Source: Candidatus Aminicenantes bacterium
GTDB lineage: Bacteria > Acidobacteriota > Aminicenantia > Aminicenantales > Saccharicenantaceae
Direction of reading: 5' to 3'
NCBI GenBank assembly: GCA_016867635.1
Contig: VGJC01000002.1
Coordinates: 1 to 59,843 of the forward strand
DNA: 59,843 nucleotides
The notes under the pieces are model-generated. The model was not told where the DNA came from, did no database searches, and worked only from the letters and a program-made list of their open reading frames with translations. How positions within the stretch are numbered: the stretch's first letter is position 1; each line of letters starts with the position of its first letter. Of this stretch, positions 38,364 through 48,882 are shown piece by piece. The translations under genes were made by a program, and so were the position numbers.

Positions 38364-39153
38364 GCTTCCGCCGCTTGAGGATGACCGCCAGGGCGATGCC
38401 GGCGATGATACCCAGGATGCAGTACAGCTGAGGATAGGAGAGGCTCGAGAGGGCCGAGGCCCCGTGGAGAAAATAGACGTTCTCCCCGTGATCGCCCCGG
38501 AAATATTCGGTCAGGAACCGGATGACCGAGTAATTGACGATGTACAGCGAGAAGACCTGGCCGTCAAACTTCTTCCTTTTCAGGACGAGGAAGAGGACCA
38601 GGAAGTTCAGGAAATTGAGGGCCGCCTCGTAGAGCTGGACGGGATGCACGGGTGTGTTGAGCGGCACGCCCGTCAGGCCGGAGGCGTACTCGTCCCGGAA
38701 GACGGCGGACCAGGGCAGGGAGCATTCGCTGCCGTAGCAGCATCCGGCGCTGTAACAGCCGATCCGCCCGAAGCCGTGCCCCAGGGCCAGGGCCGGGCCG
38801 ATGATGTCCGCCGTGGCCCACGTCGGGATCTTCTTGCGCCGGAAGTACCAGAGGGCGAAGATGACGCCGAAGGTCAGTCCGCCCTGGAACACCCCGCCCG
38901 ATCGGGCCAGGGAGAACAGCTCCCGGGGGTTGCTCAGGTAGAGAGAAATATCGCCGGCGAGAAGGATGAGCTTGGCGCCGATGAGGGAGACGATGATCGT
39001 GTAGAAGGCCGCGTCCATGATCCGCGGCGCGTCGAGGCCGGCTTTCTTCGCCTGGACGTAAATGAACCACAGTCCCAGGGCGACGCCCAAGGCCATCATG
39101 AATCCATACGTGTGAATGGTCAGCGGTCCGAGTTTCAAGAGGATGGGGTGCAT
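38356..39153 (-). CDS. lgt: Prolipoprotein diacylglyceryl transferase
   Basis: Start set at MHPILLKLGPLTIHTYGFMMALG (39153). GRIGCYSAGCCYG motif. The N-terminal part of listed ORF 38356..39693 is a shadow of lspA. Confidence 0.9.
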   Translation of the reverse strand: MHPILLKLGPLTIHTYGFMMALGVALGLWFIYVQAKKAGLDAPRIMDAAFYTIIVSLIGAKLILLAGDISLYLSNPRELFSLARSGGVFQGGLTFGVIFALWYFRRKKIPTWATADIIGPALALGHGFGRIGCYSAGCCYGSECSLPWSAVFRDEYASGLTGVPLNTPVHPVQLYEAALNFLNFLVLFLVLKRKKFDGQVFSLYIVNYSVIRFLTEYFRGDHGENVYFLHGASALSSLSYPQLYCILGIIAGIALAVILKRRKRA

Positions 39154-39616
39154 GCGGGCTTTCTCCTGAAAAAGATGAGCAGGATCAGGAACGCGCCGAT
39201 CGTGATGCAGGAGTCGGCCGCGTTGAAGACCGGCCAGTGGGCGTTCCCGATGTAGAGATCGAGGAAATCGATGACGTGGCCGCGCAACACCCGGTCGATG
39301 AGATTGCCCAGGGCGCCGGCCAGGATCAGGGACAGGGCGATCTTCAGCAGCCTGTCCGAGGGGGGGGTCTTCAAGAAATAAGCGACGACCAGGCCGAGGG
39401 CCGTCAGCGAGGCCAGCGTCAGGGCCCAGAAGACCAGTCGGCTGTCGGACCGGGAGAAGGCCCCGAAGATGGCCCCCTTGTTGTGGACCAGGGTGATGTC
39501 GAAGAAGCCCGGGATGACGGTCACGGACCTCTCCACGGCCCGGGAGACGAAGAGCTTGGTGGCCTGGTCGAGGGCGACCAGGGCCAGGACGAAGAACAGA
39601 TAGGGCGAGTTCCTTT

Positions 39617-39620
<4 letters not shown>
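39135..39620 (-). CDS. lspA: Lipoprotein signal peptidase (signal peptidase II)
   Basis: Start set at MKRNSPYLFF... (39620), a 4-nt overlap with the ileS stop. Motifs NKGAIFG, GNLIDR and FNAAD. Confidence 0.9.
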
Positions 39621-42400
<2,780 letters not shown>

Positions 42401-42485
42401 GGAAGTCTCCCCACGATCGGGTATAGTTGGCTATTATAGGACAACTCGGGCTTCCCCGCCAGCCCCCCCCAGGGACCGGCGGGCC

Positions 42486-42514
42486 GGAGACATGTCCCGC
42501 AGGTACGTGTCCCC
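42486..42514. repeat. 29-nt palindromic repeat, copy 1 (GGAGACATGTCCCGCAGGTACGTGTCCCC; degenerate)
   Basis: Shares arms and the CGCAG loop with copy 2 and differs from it at two positions. Confidence 0.8.
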
Positions 42515-42539
42515 GCTCAGGGGTTGGGGATTAAGGGCC

Positions 42540-42568
42540 GGGGACATGTACCGCAGGTACGTGTCCCC
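42540..42568. repeat. 29-nt palindromic repeat, copy 2 (GGGGACATGTAC-CGCAG-GTACGTGTCCCC)
   Basis: 12-bp arms with one T/G position and a 5-nt loop. Lies 54 nt after copy 1. Confidence 0.85.
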
Positions 42569-42579
42569 AATTAGGCGTC

Positions 42580-42608
42580 GGGGACACGTACAAAGAGTAC
42601 ATGTCCCC
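42580..42608. repeat. 29-nt palindromic repeat, copy 3 (GGGGACACGTAC-AAAGA-GTACATGTCCCC), inverted relative to copies 1-2
   Basis: Its arms equal the reverse complement of the copy 2 arms and the loop differs. Identical to the copy at 45118-45146. Confidence 0.85.
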
Positions 42609-42650
42609 TTTGTCCGCGTCCCGCTCGTCCCCCTCTCGTCGGCCGCCGGG

Positions 42651-44222
42651 TCACTTCTTGATGAAATGCGCGCCGCGGCTGACCGGGTTGCTCAGGGCGG
42701 CGTGGGTGATCATCAAAGCGACTTGGATCCCGTGCCGAAGGCTGACGATGGCCGGGTCGATGCGGGCCTCCCGGTAGAACTTCTCGATGCGGTGGCGGAG
42801 GTATTCGAGGTCGGATTTGGCCCGCTCCAGGCGCTTGCGGGTCCGGATGATGCCCGCGTAGTTCCACATCGTCGAACGGATGGTCAGCCAGTCCTGGTTG
42901 ATCAGGGCCGGATCGAAGTCCTCCGCTTGCCTCGCGTGATACCAGCGGTGGATGTCGGAGGCCCGGTACGGCCGGGCGTCGTCGAAACGGGCCGCGATGT
43001 CCCGGGCGGCCCGGGTCCCCCAGACGAGGCCCTCGAGCAGGGAGGTCGAGGCCAGGCGGTTGGCGCCGTGGACGCCCGTGCAGGCGGCCTCGCCCACGGC
43101 GTAGAGCCCCTCGAGCGAGGTCCTCCCCTGTCCGTCGGCCAGGACCCCGCCGCAGATGTAGTGGGCGGCCGGGACGACCGGAATGGGCTCGCGGGTGATG
43201 TCGATGCCCTCCTCGAGGCAGGTCCGGGTGATGGTCGGGAACCTCTTGCGAATGTCGACCTTGGCGTAGGAAGCCAGGTCGAGCAGGACGTAGTCGGAGT
43301 TGGTCTGGATCATCTCCTCGTAGATGGCCCGGGAAACCTCGTCCCGGGGCGCCAGCTCCCGCTCGGGCGTGTACTTCTCCATGAACGTCCGGCCATCCCT
43401 GGTCTTCAGCCGGGCCCCCTCTCCTCTGACCGTCTCTGAGATCAAAAAGCCCTCTCCGTTGCTCCGCATGAGGGTCGTCGGGTGGAATTGGACGTATTCC
43501 ATGTTCCCTATCCGGGCCCCGGCGCGCAGGGCCATGGCGCAGCCAGCGCCGTCGGCTCCCGCCGGGTTGGACGTGTGGAGATAGACCGCTCCGCATCCGC
43601 CCGTGGCCAGGACCGTATAAGGCGCGAAAACACGCAGGACACGGCCCGTCCTGTTCTCCAAGACATAGGCGCCGATCGTCCGGGGTTCCCGATAGTAGGC
43701 GATGGGGTTCTTCGAATGGTGGGGGACGGTCAGGAGATCGACGGCCGTGTGGCCGGCGAGCAGCGTGACGCGCCGGTCCTTCTTCAGGGCCCGCAGGAAG
43801 CGGTCCTCTATCGTCCGCCCCGTCGCGTCATCGACGTGAAGGATGCGGCGGCGGGAATGCCCGGCCTCCTGGGCAAAGTCGAGGGCATCCGGCGCGCTCT
43901 GCGAAAAGGGGATCTTGAGGTGTCCGATGAGCGTCTTGCGGACGAGGGCCGGTCCGTCCTTGACGAGAATGTCGACCGCCCGGGGGTCGTTGACGCCGTC
44001 GCCGGCCTCGATGATGTCGTCCTTCAGGAACCGGGGAAGGTCGTCGGGGCCGAAGGAAACGATCCCGCCCTGAGCGTAGTACGTGCTGGATTCCCGCGGC
44101 TCCTCGGCCTTGGTGATGACCACGGTCTTGAGCCCGGACCGGGCCGCTTCGAAGGCCGCGCTGGCCCCGGCGATGCCGCAGCCGATGACCAGGACGTCGG
44201 CCCGGATGTCGAACCCGCTCAT
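42651..44222 (-). CDS. nadB: L-aspartate oxidase
   Basis: N-terminal FAD motif VIGCGIAGASAA. Full-length NadB/succinate-dehydrogenase-flavoprotein-like sequence. Adjacent to nadC. Confidence 0.93.
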   Translation of the reverse strand: MSGFDIRADVLVIGCGIAGASAAFEAARSGLKTVVITKAEEPRESSTYYAQGGIVSFGPDDLPRFLKDDIIEAGDGVNDPRAVDILVKDGPALVRKTLIGHLKIPFSQSAPDALDFAQEAGHSRRRILHVDDATGRTIEDRFLRALKKDRRVTLLAGHTAVDLLTVPHHSKNPIAYYREPRTIGAYVLENRTGRVLRVFAPYTVLATGGCGAVYLHTSNPAGADGAGCAMALRAGARIGNMEYVQFHPTTLMRSNGEGFLISETVRGEGARLKTRDGRTFMEKYTPERELAPRDEVSRAIYEEMIQTNSDYVLLDLASYAKVDIRKRFPTITRTCLEEGIDITREPIPVVPAAHYICGGVLADGQGRTSLEGLYAVGEAACTGVHGANRLASTSLLEGLVWGTRAARDIAARFDDARPYRASDIHRWYHARQAEDFDPALINQDWLTIRSTMWNYAGIIRTRKRLERAKSDLEYLRHRIEKFYREARIDPAIVSLRHGIQVALMITHAALSNPVSRGAHFIKK

Positions 44223-44229
44223 CGTGACC

Positions 44230-45063
44230 TCAATTCAGGAACTCCAGACTGATGTCGACAGCCCGGACCGAATGGGTCAGGGCCCCGACGGAAATGTAAT
44301 CGACCCCCGTTTCGGCGACGGCCCGGACCCGCTCCAAGGTCATGTTCCCGGACGCTTCGAGCGGGATACGGCCGGCGACGAGGGCCACGGCCTCGCGCAT
44401 CGTCTCGAGGGGCATGTTGTCGAGCATGATCATGTCGGCGCCGGCGTCCAGAGCCTCACGGACCTGGGCGATGTCGTTCGTCTCGACCTCGACGCGGACG
44501 CCGGGACGGACGGCGGCCCGGGCCCGGCGGACGGCCTCGGTGATGCTGCCGACGTGGCGGAGGTGGTTGTCCTTGATGAGGGCCATGTCCGAGAGGCTCA
44601 TCCGGTGGTTCTTCCCCCCTCCGGCGGCGACGGCGTATTTCTCGAGGAGGCGCAGGCCGGGGGTCGTCTTGCGGGTGTCGAGGATGCGCGTCCGCGTGCC
44701 TTGGGCCGCGTCGACGAAGCGCCGGGTGGCCGTGGCGATGCCCGACATCCTTTGGAGGAAGTTGAGGGCCGTCCGCTCGCCCTTGAGAAGGGCGAGGGTC
44801 GAGCCTTCGAGATGCGCCAGGATGTCTCCTTTGTTGAAGGCCGCTCCGTCCTCGAGCTTGGCGGCGAATTCGACGCTCCCGCCGATCATCTCGAACACAC
44901 GGCGGGCTACCGGCAGGCCGGCCAGCACGCCGTCCTCCTTGGCCATGATGACGGCCTCGGACACGGCCCCCGGCGGAACAACGCTCTCCGAAGTGACATC
45001 TCCCTCGGGCATGTCCTCGCGGAGCGCCGCCTCGATGATGGCGTCGAGATCGTGGGCTTCCAT
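44230..45063 (-). CDS. nadC: Nicotinate-nucleotide pyrophosphorylase (carboxylating)
   Basis: NadC-like sequence (…ALREDMPEGDVTSE…). Start preferred at ATG 45063, because the listed GTG at 45096 lies between the predicted -35 and -10 elements (in the spacer). Confidence 0.9.
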   Translation of the reverse strand: MEAHDLDAIIEAALREDMPEGDVTSESVVPPGAVSEAVIMAKEDGVLAGLPVARRVFEMIGGSVEFAAKLEDGAAFNKGDILAHLEGSTLALLKGERTALNFLQRMSGIATATRRFVDAAQGTRTRILDTRKTTPGLRLLEKYAVAAGGGKNHRMSLSDMALIKDNHLRHVGSITEAVRRARAAVRPGVRVEVETNDIAQVREALDAGADMIMLDNMPLETMREAVALVAGRIPLEASGNMTLERVRAVAETGVDYISVGALTHSVRAVDISLEFLN

Positions 45064-45073
45064 GGCACGGCGA

Positions 45074-45103
45074 ATTATAGGCCTTTCGCCCGACACCCGT
45101 CAA
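45074..45103 (-). promoter_or_regulatory. Putative nadCB promoter TTGACG-18-TATAAT
   Basis: On the minus strand: TTGACG (45103-45098), 18-nt spacer, TATAAT (45079-45074). The -10 ends only 10 nt before ATG 45063, which implies a very short or absent leader. Confidence 0.5.
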
Positions 45104-45117
45104 ACCGGGCACAGATC

Positions 45118-45146
45118 GGGGACACGTACAAAGAGTACATGTCCCC
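45118..45146. repeat. 29-nt palindromic repeat, copy 4 (identical to 42580-42608)
   Basis: GGGGACACGTACAAAGAGTACATGTCCCC, 29/29 identical to copy 3. Lies in the nadC/tldD divergent intergenic region, 14 nt upstream of the putative nadC -35 element. Confidence 0.9.
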
Positions 45147-45225
45147 GTTCCCGCTCCGCTCCAGCCCGAGCCGGCGCATGGCCGAGATTGCCCCAGGGAG
45201 GGAAATGTGCCATCATGGCCCCGCC

Positions 45226-46686
45226 ATGGAACCCAATTTCGCGAGATCGAGGACGGCCCCGCCGGCTGCCCGCCCCGCGGGCGACCCCTTCGGCCTGTCC
45301 GCCGCCGACCTGCGCTCGGCCCTCGGCCTGGCCCTTTCGAGCGGCGGCGACTTCGCCGAGCTCTTCATGGAGCGGCGGACGTACGATTTCGTCAACATGG
45401 AAGACGATATCATCAAGGAATCGGCCGAATCGGTCAGCCTGGGCCTGGGCATCCGGGTCCTGGCCGGGGACAAGACGGGCTTCGCCTACACCAACGACCT
45501 GGCGTTCGACAAGGTCCGCCAGGCGGCCCGGACCGCCGCGGCCATCGCTTCCGGCCGGGCCAAGGCGCCCCTTCCCCGGCCCCTGCGCGAGAAGAGGCTC
45601 GAGAAGACCGTTTATCGCGTCTCGGCCCCGGCCGACCGAGCCGGCCTGAAGAGGAAGATCGGGCTCGTCCAGCAGGCCTACGGCGCGGCCCAAGAATTCG
45701 ACCGCCGCATCGTCAAAGTCAAGGCCTCCTTCCAGAACAGCCTCCAGCAGGTCTGCGTCGCCAATTCCGAAGGTCTCCTCGTCCGGGACACCCGGCCGAT
45801 GGTCAAGCTCGTCTGCGTCGCCATCTCCGAGAAGGGCGGCCAGCGGGAGTCGGGATACTGGGGAGGCGGCGGCCGGGTCGGCCTCGAGTATTTCCAGGGC
45901 GGGCTGACGCCGCGGCGCATCGGCGAAGAGGCCGCCCGCGAAGCCCTGCTGCTGCTCGAGGCGGCCGACGCGCCGGCGGGCGAGATGCCCATCGTCCTGT
46001 CGCCCGGCCACAGCGGGGTCCTCATTCACGAGGCCGTCGGGCACCTCGTCGAGGCCGACTTCAACCGCAAGAAGACCTCCGTTTTCTGGAACAAGACGGG
46101 CCGGAGGGTCGGCTCCGAGCTGGTGACCATCCACGACGACCCGGCCATCCCCGGCTATCGCGGGTCGTACAATATCGACGACGAGGGCACGCCGCCCCGC
46201 AAGACCCTGCTCATCGAAAAGGGCGTCGTCAGGGGCTTTCTCCAGGACCGTCTGTCGGCCAAGCTCATGAAGCTTTCCCTGACGGGGCACGGGCGCCGCC
46301 AGGACTACAGCCACCCTCCCATCCCCCGGATGGCCAATACCTACATCGCCGCCGGGGAGGATGCTCCCGAAGACGTCCTCCGGTCGGTCGACAAGGGATT
46401 CTACGTCGCCAGTCTTTCGGGAGGGCAGGTCGAGGACTCCGGCAAGTTCACGTTCTCGGTCAGCCTCGGATACCTAATCGAGAAGGGGCGCCTGACGGCG
46501 CCGGTCAAACAGGCGACCCTGATCGGCTCGAACATCGAGATCTTGAAACGCGTCGACAGGGTCGGGGCGGACCTGGAATTCGGTCTTCAGACCGGGACCT
46601 GCAGCAAGGAGGGCCAGGACGTGCCGGTGACCGACGGCTGCCCGACCCTGCGGATCTCGAAGATGACGGTCGGAGGCCGGTCGTGA
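45226..46686 (+). CDS. tldD: TldD-family metalloprotease
   Basis: HEAVGH (HExxxH) motif and full-length TldD-like sequence. Start at ATG 45226 (MEPNFARS...), with ATG 45205 as an alternative. The first ~380 aa of listed ORF 44083..46686 are antisense shadow of nadC. Confidence 0.88.
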   Translation: MEPNFARSRTAPPAARPAGDPFGLSAADLRSALGLALSSGGDFAELFMERRTYDFVNMEDDIIKESAESVSLGLGIRVLAGDKTGFAYTNDLAFDKVRQAARTAAAIASGRAKAPLPRPLREKRLEKTVYRVSAPADRAGLKRKIGLVQQAYGAAQEFDRRIVKVKASFQNSLQQVCVANSEGLLVRDTRPMVKLVCVAISEKGGQRESGYWGGGGRVGLEYFQGGLTPRRIGEEAAREALLLLEAADAPAGEMPIVLSPGHSGVLIHEAVGHLVEADFNRKKTSVFWNKTGRRVGSELVTIHDDPAIPGYRGSYNIDDEGTPPRKTLLIEKGVVRGFLQDRLSAKLMKLSLTGHGRRQDYSHPPIPRMANTYIAAGEDAPEDVLRSVDKGFYVASLSGGQVEDSGKFTFSVSLGYLIEKGRLTAPVKQATLIGSNIEILKRVDRVGADLEFGLQTGTCSKEGQDVPVTDGCPTLRISKMTVGGRS

Positions 46687-48035
46687 AGAGCGGCCGCTGG
46701 AGGACCGCCCCGGCGCTCGCCGAGCTCGCCGAGTCCCTCGTGTCCTACGCCGGGAAATGCGGCGCGGACGAGGTCGAGGTCTCGGTCGTCGACGGGCACG
46801 AATTCAACGTCGACGTCCGCAAGGGGAAGATCGAGCATCTCATCGAGGCGGGCTCGCGGGTCTGCGGCCTGCGGATCATCAAGGACAAGCGGACGGCCTT
46901 CGCCAGCTCGTCCGATCTCGACCCCGGCACCCTCCGCCGTCTCGTCCGGAACGCGGTCCGCCGGGCCGGGCTGGGACATCCCGATCCGTTCGCCGGACTG
47001 GCCCCGCGGTCCAAGAGAACGGCGGATGCGTCCGCGCTCCGGCTTTACGACCCGGACGTCGTCGGGCTCGACGCCAAGACCAAGATCAAGATGGCCCTCG
47101 AGACCGAGCGGATCGCCCTGAGCGACAAGCGGATCACGAACTCTCACGGGGCCGGCTTCGTCACCGACGTGGCCCGCTCCGTCCTGGCCAATTCGAACGG
47201 CTTCGTCGGCGAGTACGAACAGACCTACTGCGGCCTCGGGGTCGGACTGCAGGCCGGGGACACGGACGGCCGGGTCGAGGACTCCTGGTCCTCGTCGAAG
47301 CGCTATTTCCGGGACCTCGAGAGCCCGGAGGCGATCGCCAGCAAGGCCGTCGAGCGCACGGTCCGCCAGCTCAAGCCCCGCAAGGTCAGGACCCAGAACG
47401 TCCCGGTCATCTTCGAGCCCGCGCAGACGCCGTGGCTCATGGGGTTCCTGTTCTCCTGCGTTTCGGGGACGGCCGTCTATCAGAAGTCCTCGTTCCTCGC
47501 GGGAAAGCGGGGGCGGCGCATAGGCAACGGCCTGGTCACGGTCGTCGACGACGGCCTGCTCGCCGGCGAGCTCGGCTCGAGGCCGTTCGACTCGGACGGC
47601 GTCCCGTCGCAGAGGACCGTGGTCGTCGAGCGCGGCGTGCTCAAGAACTACCTGTGCAACACCTACGCGGCGCGCAAGCTCCGGCTGCGCTCCACGGGCA
47701 ACGCCGACGGCAGCGGGGTCGGGCCCAATAATTTCTATCTTTTGCCCGGGGAGAGTCGGCCCGAGGACATCATCAAGTCGACGAAGAAGGGGCTGGTCCT
47801 CATCCGGACCCTCGGGCACGGTCTCAATCCTGTCACCGGCGACATTTCGCGCGGCGCCTTCGGCCTGTGGGTCGAGGACGGCGAGATCGCCTACCCCGTC
47901 TCCGAGATCACGATCTCCGGGAACCTCGGCCGGGTCCTCGAGAGCATCGAGCTCGTCGGCAACGATCTCGAGTTCCTGAGCCCGGTGGCCGGCCCGACCG
48001 TCAAGGTCGCCGAGATGACCGTCGCCGGCCTTTAA
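46683..48035 (+). CDS. pmbA: PmbA/TldE-family protease partner
   Basis: GTG 46683 overlaps the tldD stop (GTGA). VKSGRWRTAPALAELAESLVSYAGKCGADEVEV... is PmbA-like. Pairing with tldD is canonical. Confidence 0.85.
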   Translation: MKSGRWRTAPALAELAESLVSYAGKCGADEVEVSVVDGHEFNVDVRKGKIEHLIEAGSRVCGLRIIKDKRTAFASSSDLDPGTLRRLVRNAVRRAGLGHPDPFAGLAPRSKRTADASALRLYDPDVVGLDAKTKIKMALETERIALSDKRITNSHGAGFVTDVARSVLANSNGFVGEYEQTYCGLGVGLQAGDTDGRVEDSWSSSKRYFRDLESPEAIASKAVERTVRQLKPRKVRTQNVPVIFEPAQTPWLMGFLFSCVSGTAVYQKSSFLAGKRGRRIGNGLVTVVDDGLLAGELGSRPFDSDGVPSQRTVVVERGVLKNYLCNTYAARKLRLRSTGNADGSGVGPNNFYLLPGESRPEDIIKSTKKGLVLIRTLGHGLNPVTGDISRGAFGLWVEDGEIAYPVSEITISGNLGRVLESIELVGNDLEFLSPVAGPTVKVAEMTVAGL

Positions 48036-48038
48036 TTT

Positions 48039-48294
48039 GGGGACACAATACTCATTCCCCATATTTCCACTCGACAAACAGAACTTGGACGCGAAGCCCG
48101 CCGGGAGGCGGCGAAGGATGTCGCCCTGACGACCCCCATAGCGGAGGGGGACCCGCCAGAGGCGGGGGAACCGCCGGGACTGGTTCCCGGGGGTTTGGGG
48201 GGCTAGGGGCGATATCCTTCGCAAAGCCGATCGGCGGACTTCCGCGGGCAGTAGAGGCGGGTGGAAAGAATTAGGGAATGAGTATTGTGTCCCC
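48039..48294. mobile_element. MITE-like / long-hairpin non-coding element with 21-bp perfect terminal inverted repeats
   Basis: GGGGACACAATACTCATTCCC at 48039-48059 is the exact reverse complement of 48274-48294. Further matched inner arm blocks lie at 48064-48070/48261-48267 and 48091-48126/48207-48246. No credible ORF. The termini are AT-richer than the flanks. Confidence 0.55.
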
Positions 48295-48297
48295 GAT

Positions 48298-48882
48298 TTA
48301 GGCGAAGCGGACGACGCTCGAGAAGGGCCGCTTGGGGACGTGGAGCCGGCCGTCGGCGTCCTTCCAATAGCGGCACGATCCGCCCATCTCCTCGGCCGTC
48401 GGCTCCTCGTCCGGGTAGCCGAGGGCCAGCACGCAGTCGATGCGGTACTCGGCGGGGACGCTCAGGATGTCCCGGACCTTGTCCCGGTCCACGGACAGGA
48501 GCCAACAGCTCCCGACGCCTACCCCCATCGCCGCCAGGATCATGTTCTCCATGGCCGCCCCGACGTCGTACTCGAACATCTTGTCCCGGACGCGCGTGTC
48601 GACCAGGGTCACGACATAGGCCGCGGGCTCTTGTCCGGGCCGGGGATCGCCCTCGGGGGCGATGTAGGCGGCCCATTTCAAGCAGGGGAAGATCCTCTCA
48701 CGCTTCTCCCGGCTTTCGACGACGACGAACGCCAGCGGCTGCATGTTGGCCGCCGACGGGGCCAGCCGCCCGGCGTCGACGATCCTCTCGAGGACCTCGC
48801 GCGGCACGGCCCGCGGCTTGAACCGCCGGACCGTTCTCCGTGAGACGATGAGTTCGTACAGGTCCTTTCCGTCTTGGCACAT
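48298..48882 (-). CDS. Nitroreductase-family protein
   Basis: Start at MCQDGKDLYELIVSRRTVRRF... (48882). RRSxRxF-type N-terminal motif. 194 aa. The ATG overlaps the TAA of the upstream MFS gene by 1 nt (TAATG). Confidence 0.85.
   Translation of the reverse strand: MCQDGKDLYELIVSRRTVRRFKPRAVPREVLERIVDAGRLAPSAANMQPLAFVVVESREKRERIFPCLKWAAYIAPEGDPRPGQEPAAYVVTLVDTRVRDKMFEYDVGAAMENMILAAMGVGVGSCWLLSVDRDKVRDILSVPAEYRIDCVLALGYPDEEPTAEEMGGSCRYWKDADGRLHVPKRPFSSVVRFA

Noticed and set aside
42486-42608. Three 29-nt palindromic repeats considered as a mini CRISPR array.
   Set aside because: The spacers are only 25 and 11 nt, and one repeat is inverted relative to the others. There is no leader and no cas genes, and an identical solitary copy lies 2.5 kb away. 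This behaves like REP-type repeats, not CRISPR.
42401-42650. Possible T-box or attenuator leader for ileS.
   Set aside because: There is no specifier-loop/T-box consensus and no terminator/antiterminator pair with a U-tract. The best -10 element (TATAAT 42438-42433) lies downstream of the hairpins, which leaves only a ~25-nt leader with a GGGGAG RBS.
45064-45225. Possible NAD+ (nadA-motif) riboswitch upstream of nadC.
   Set aside because: The predicted promoter abuts the start codon, so there is essentially no 5' UTR. I could not recognise the tandem bulged-stem nadA motif. The only strong structure is the dispersed 29-nt palindrome, which lies upstream of the -35 element.
44083-46686. 867-aa ORF suggesting a fusion upstream of TldD, and the 942-aa ORF 45207..48035 spanning tldD and pmbA.
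   Set aside because: The N-terminal portions are antisense to nadC or out of frame with tldD and lack motifs. The canonical tldD (45226) and pmbA (GTG 46683, GTGA overlap) starts explain the region.
48039-48294. Long-hairpin element considered as 6S RNA, SRP (4.5S) RNA or an RNase P RNA fragment (it contains GGAAGTCCGCC, reminiscent of the GGAAAGUCCGGGC motif).
   Set aside because: The SRP domain IV consensus (GGAAG..AGCA-type loop) is absent. The element is far too short for RNase P, and the GGAAGTCC-like string is simply mirrored by its partner arm. A 6S-like fold cannot be excluded by eye. However, the perfect AT-rich 21-bp termini and their similarity to the other repeat family favour a repeat or mobile origin.
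47867-48676. ORFs 47867..48274 (+) and 48203..48676 (-) running through the hairpin element.
   Set aside because: Both are out-of-frame extensions of, or antisense to, pmbA and the nitroreductase gene. Their translations are Arg/Gly/Pro-rich with no motifs, and the element's inverted-repeat symmetry explains the sequence better than coding does.
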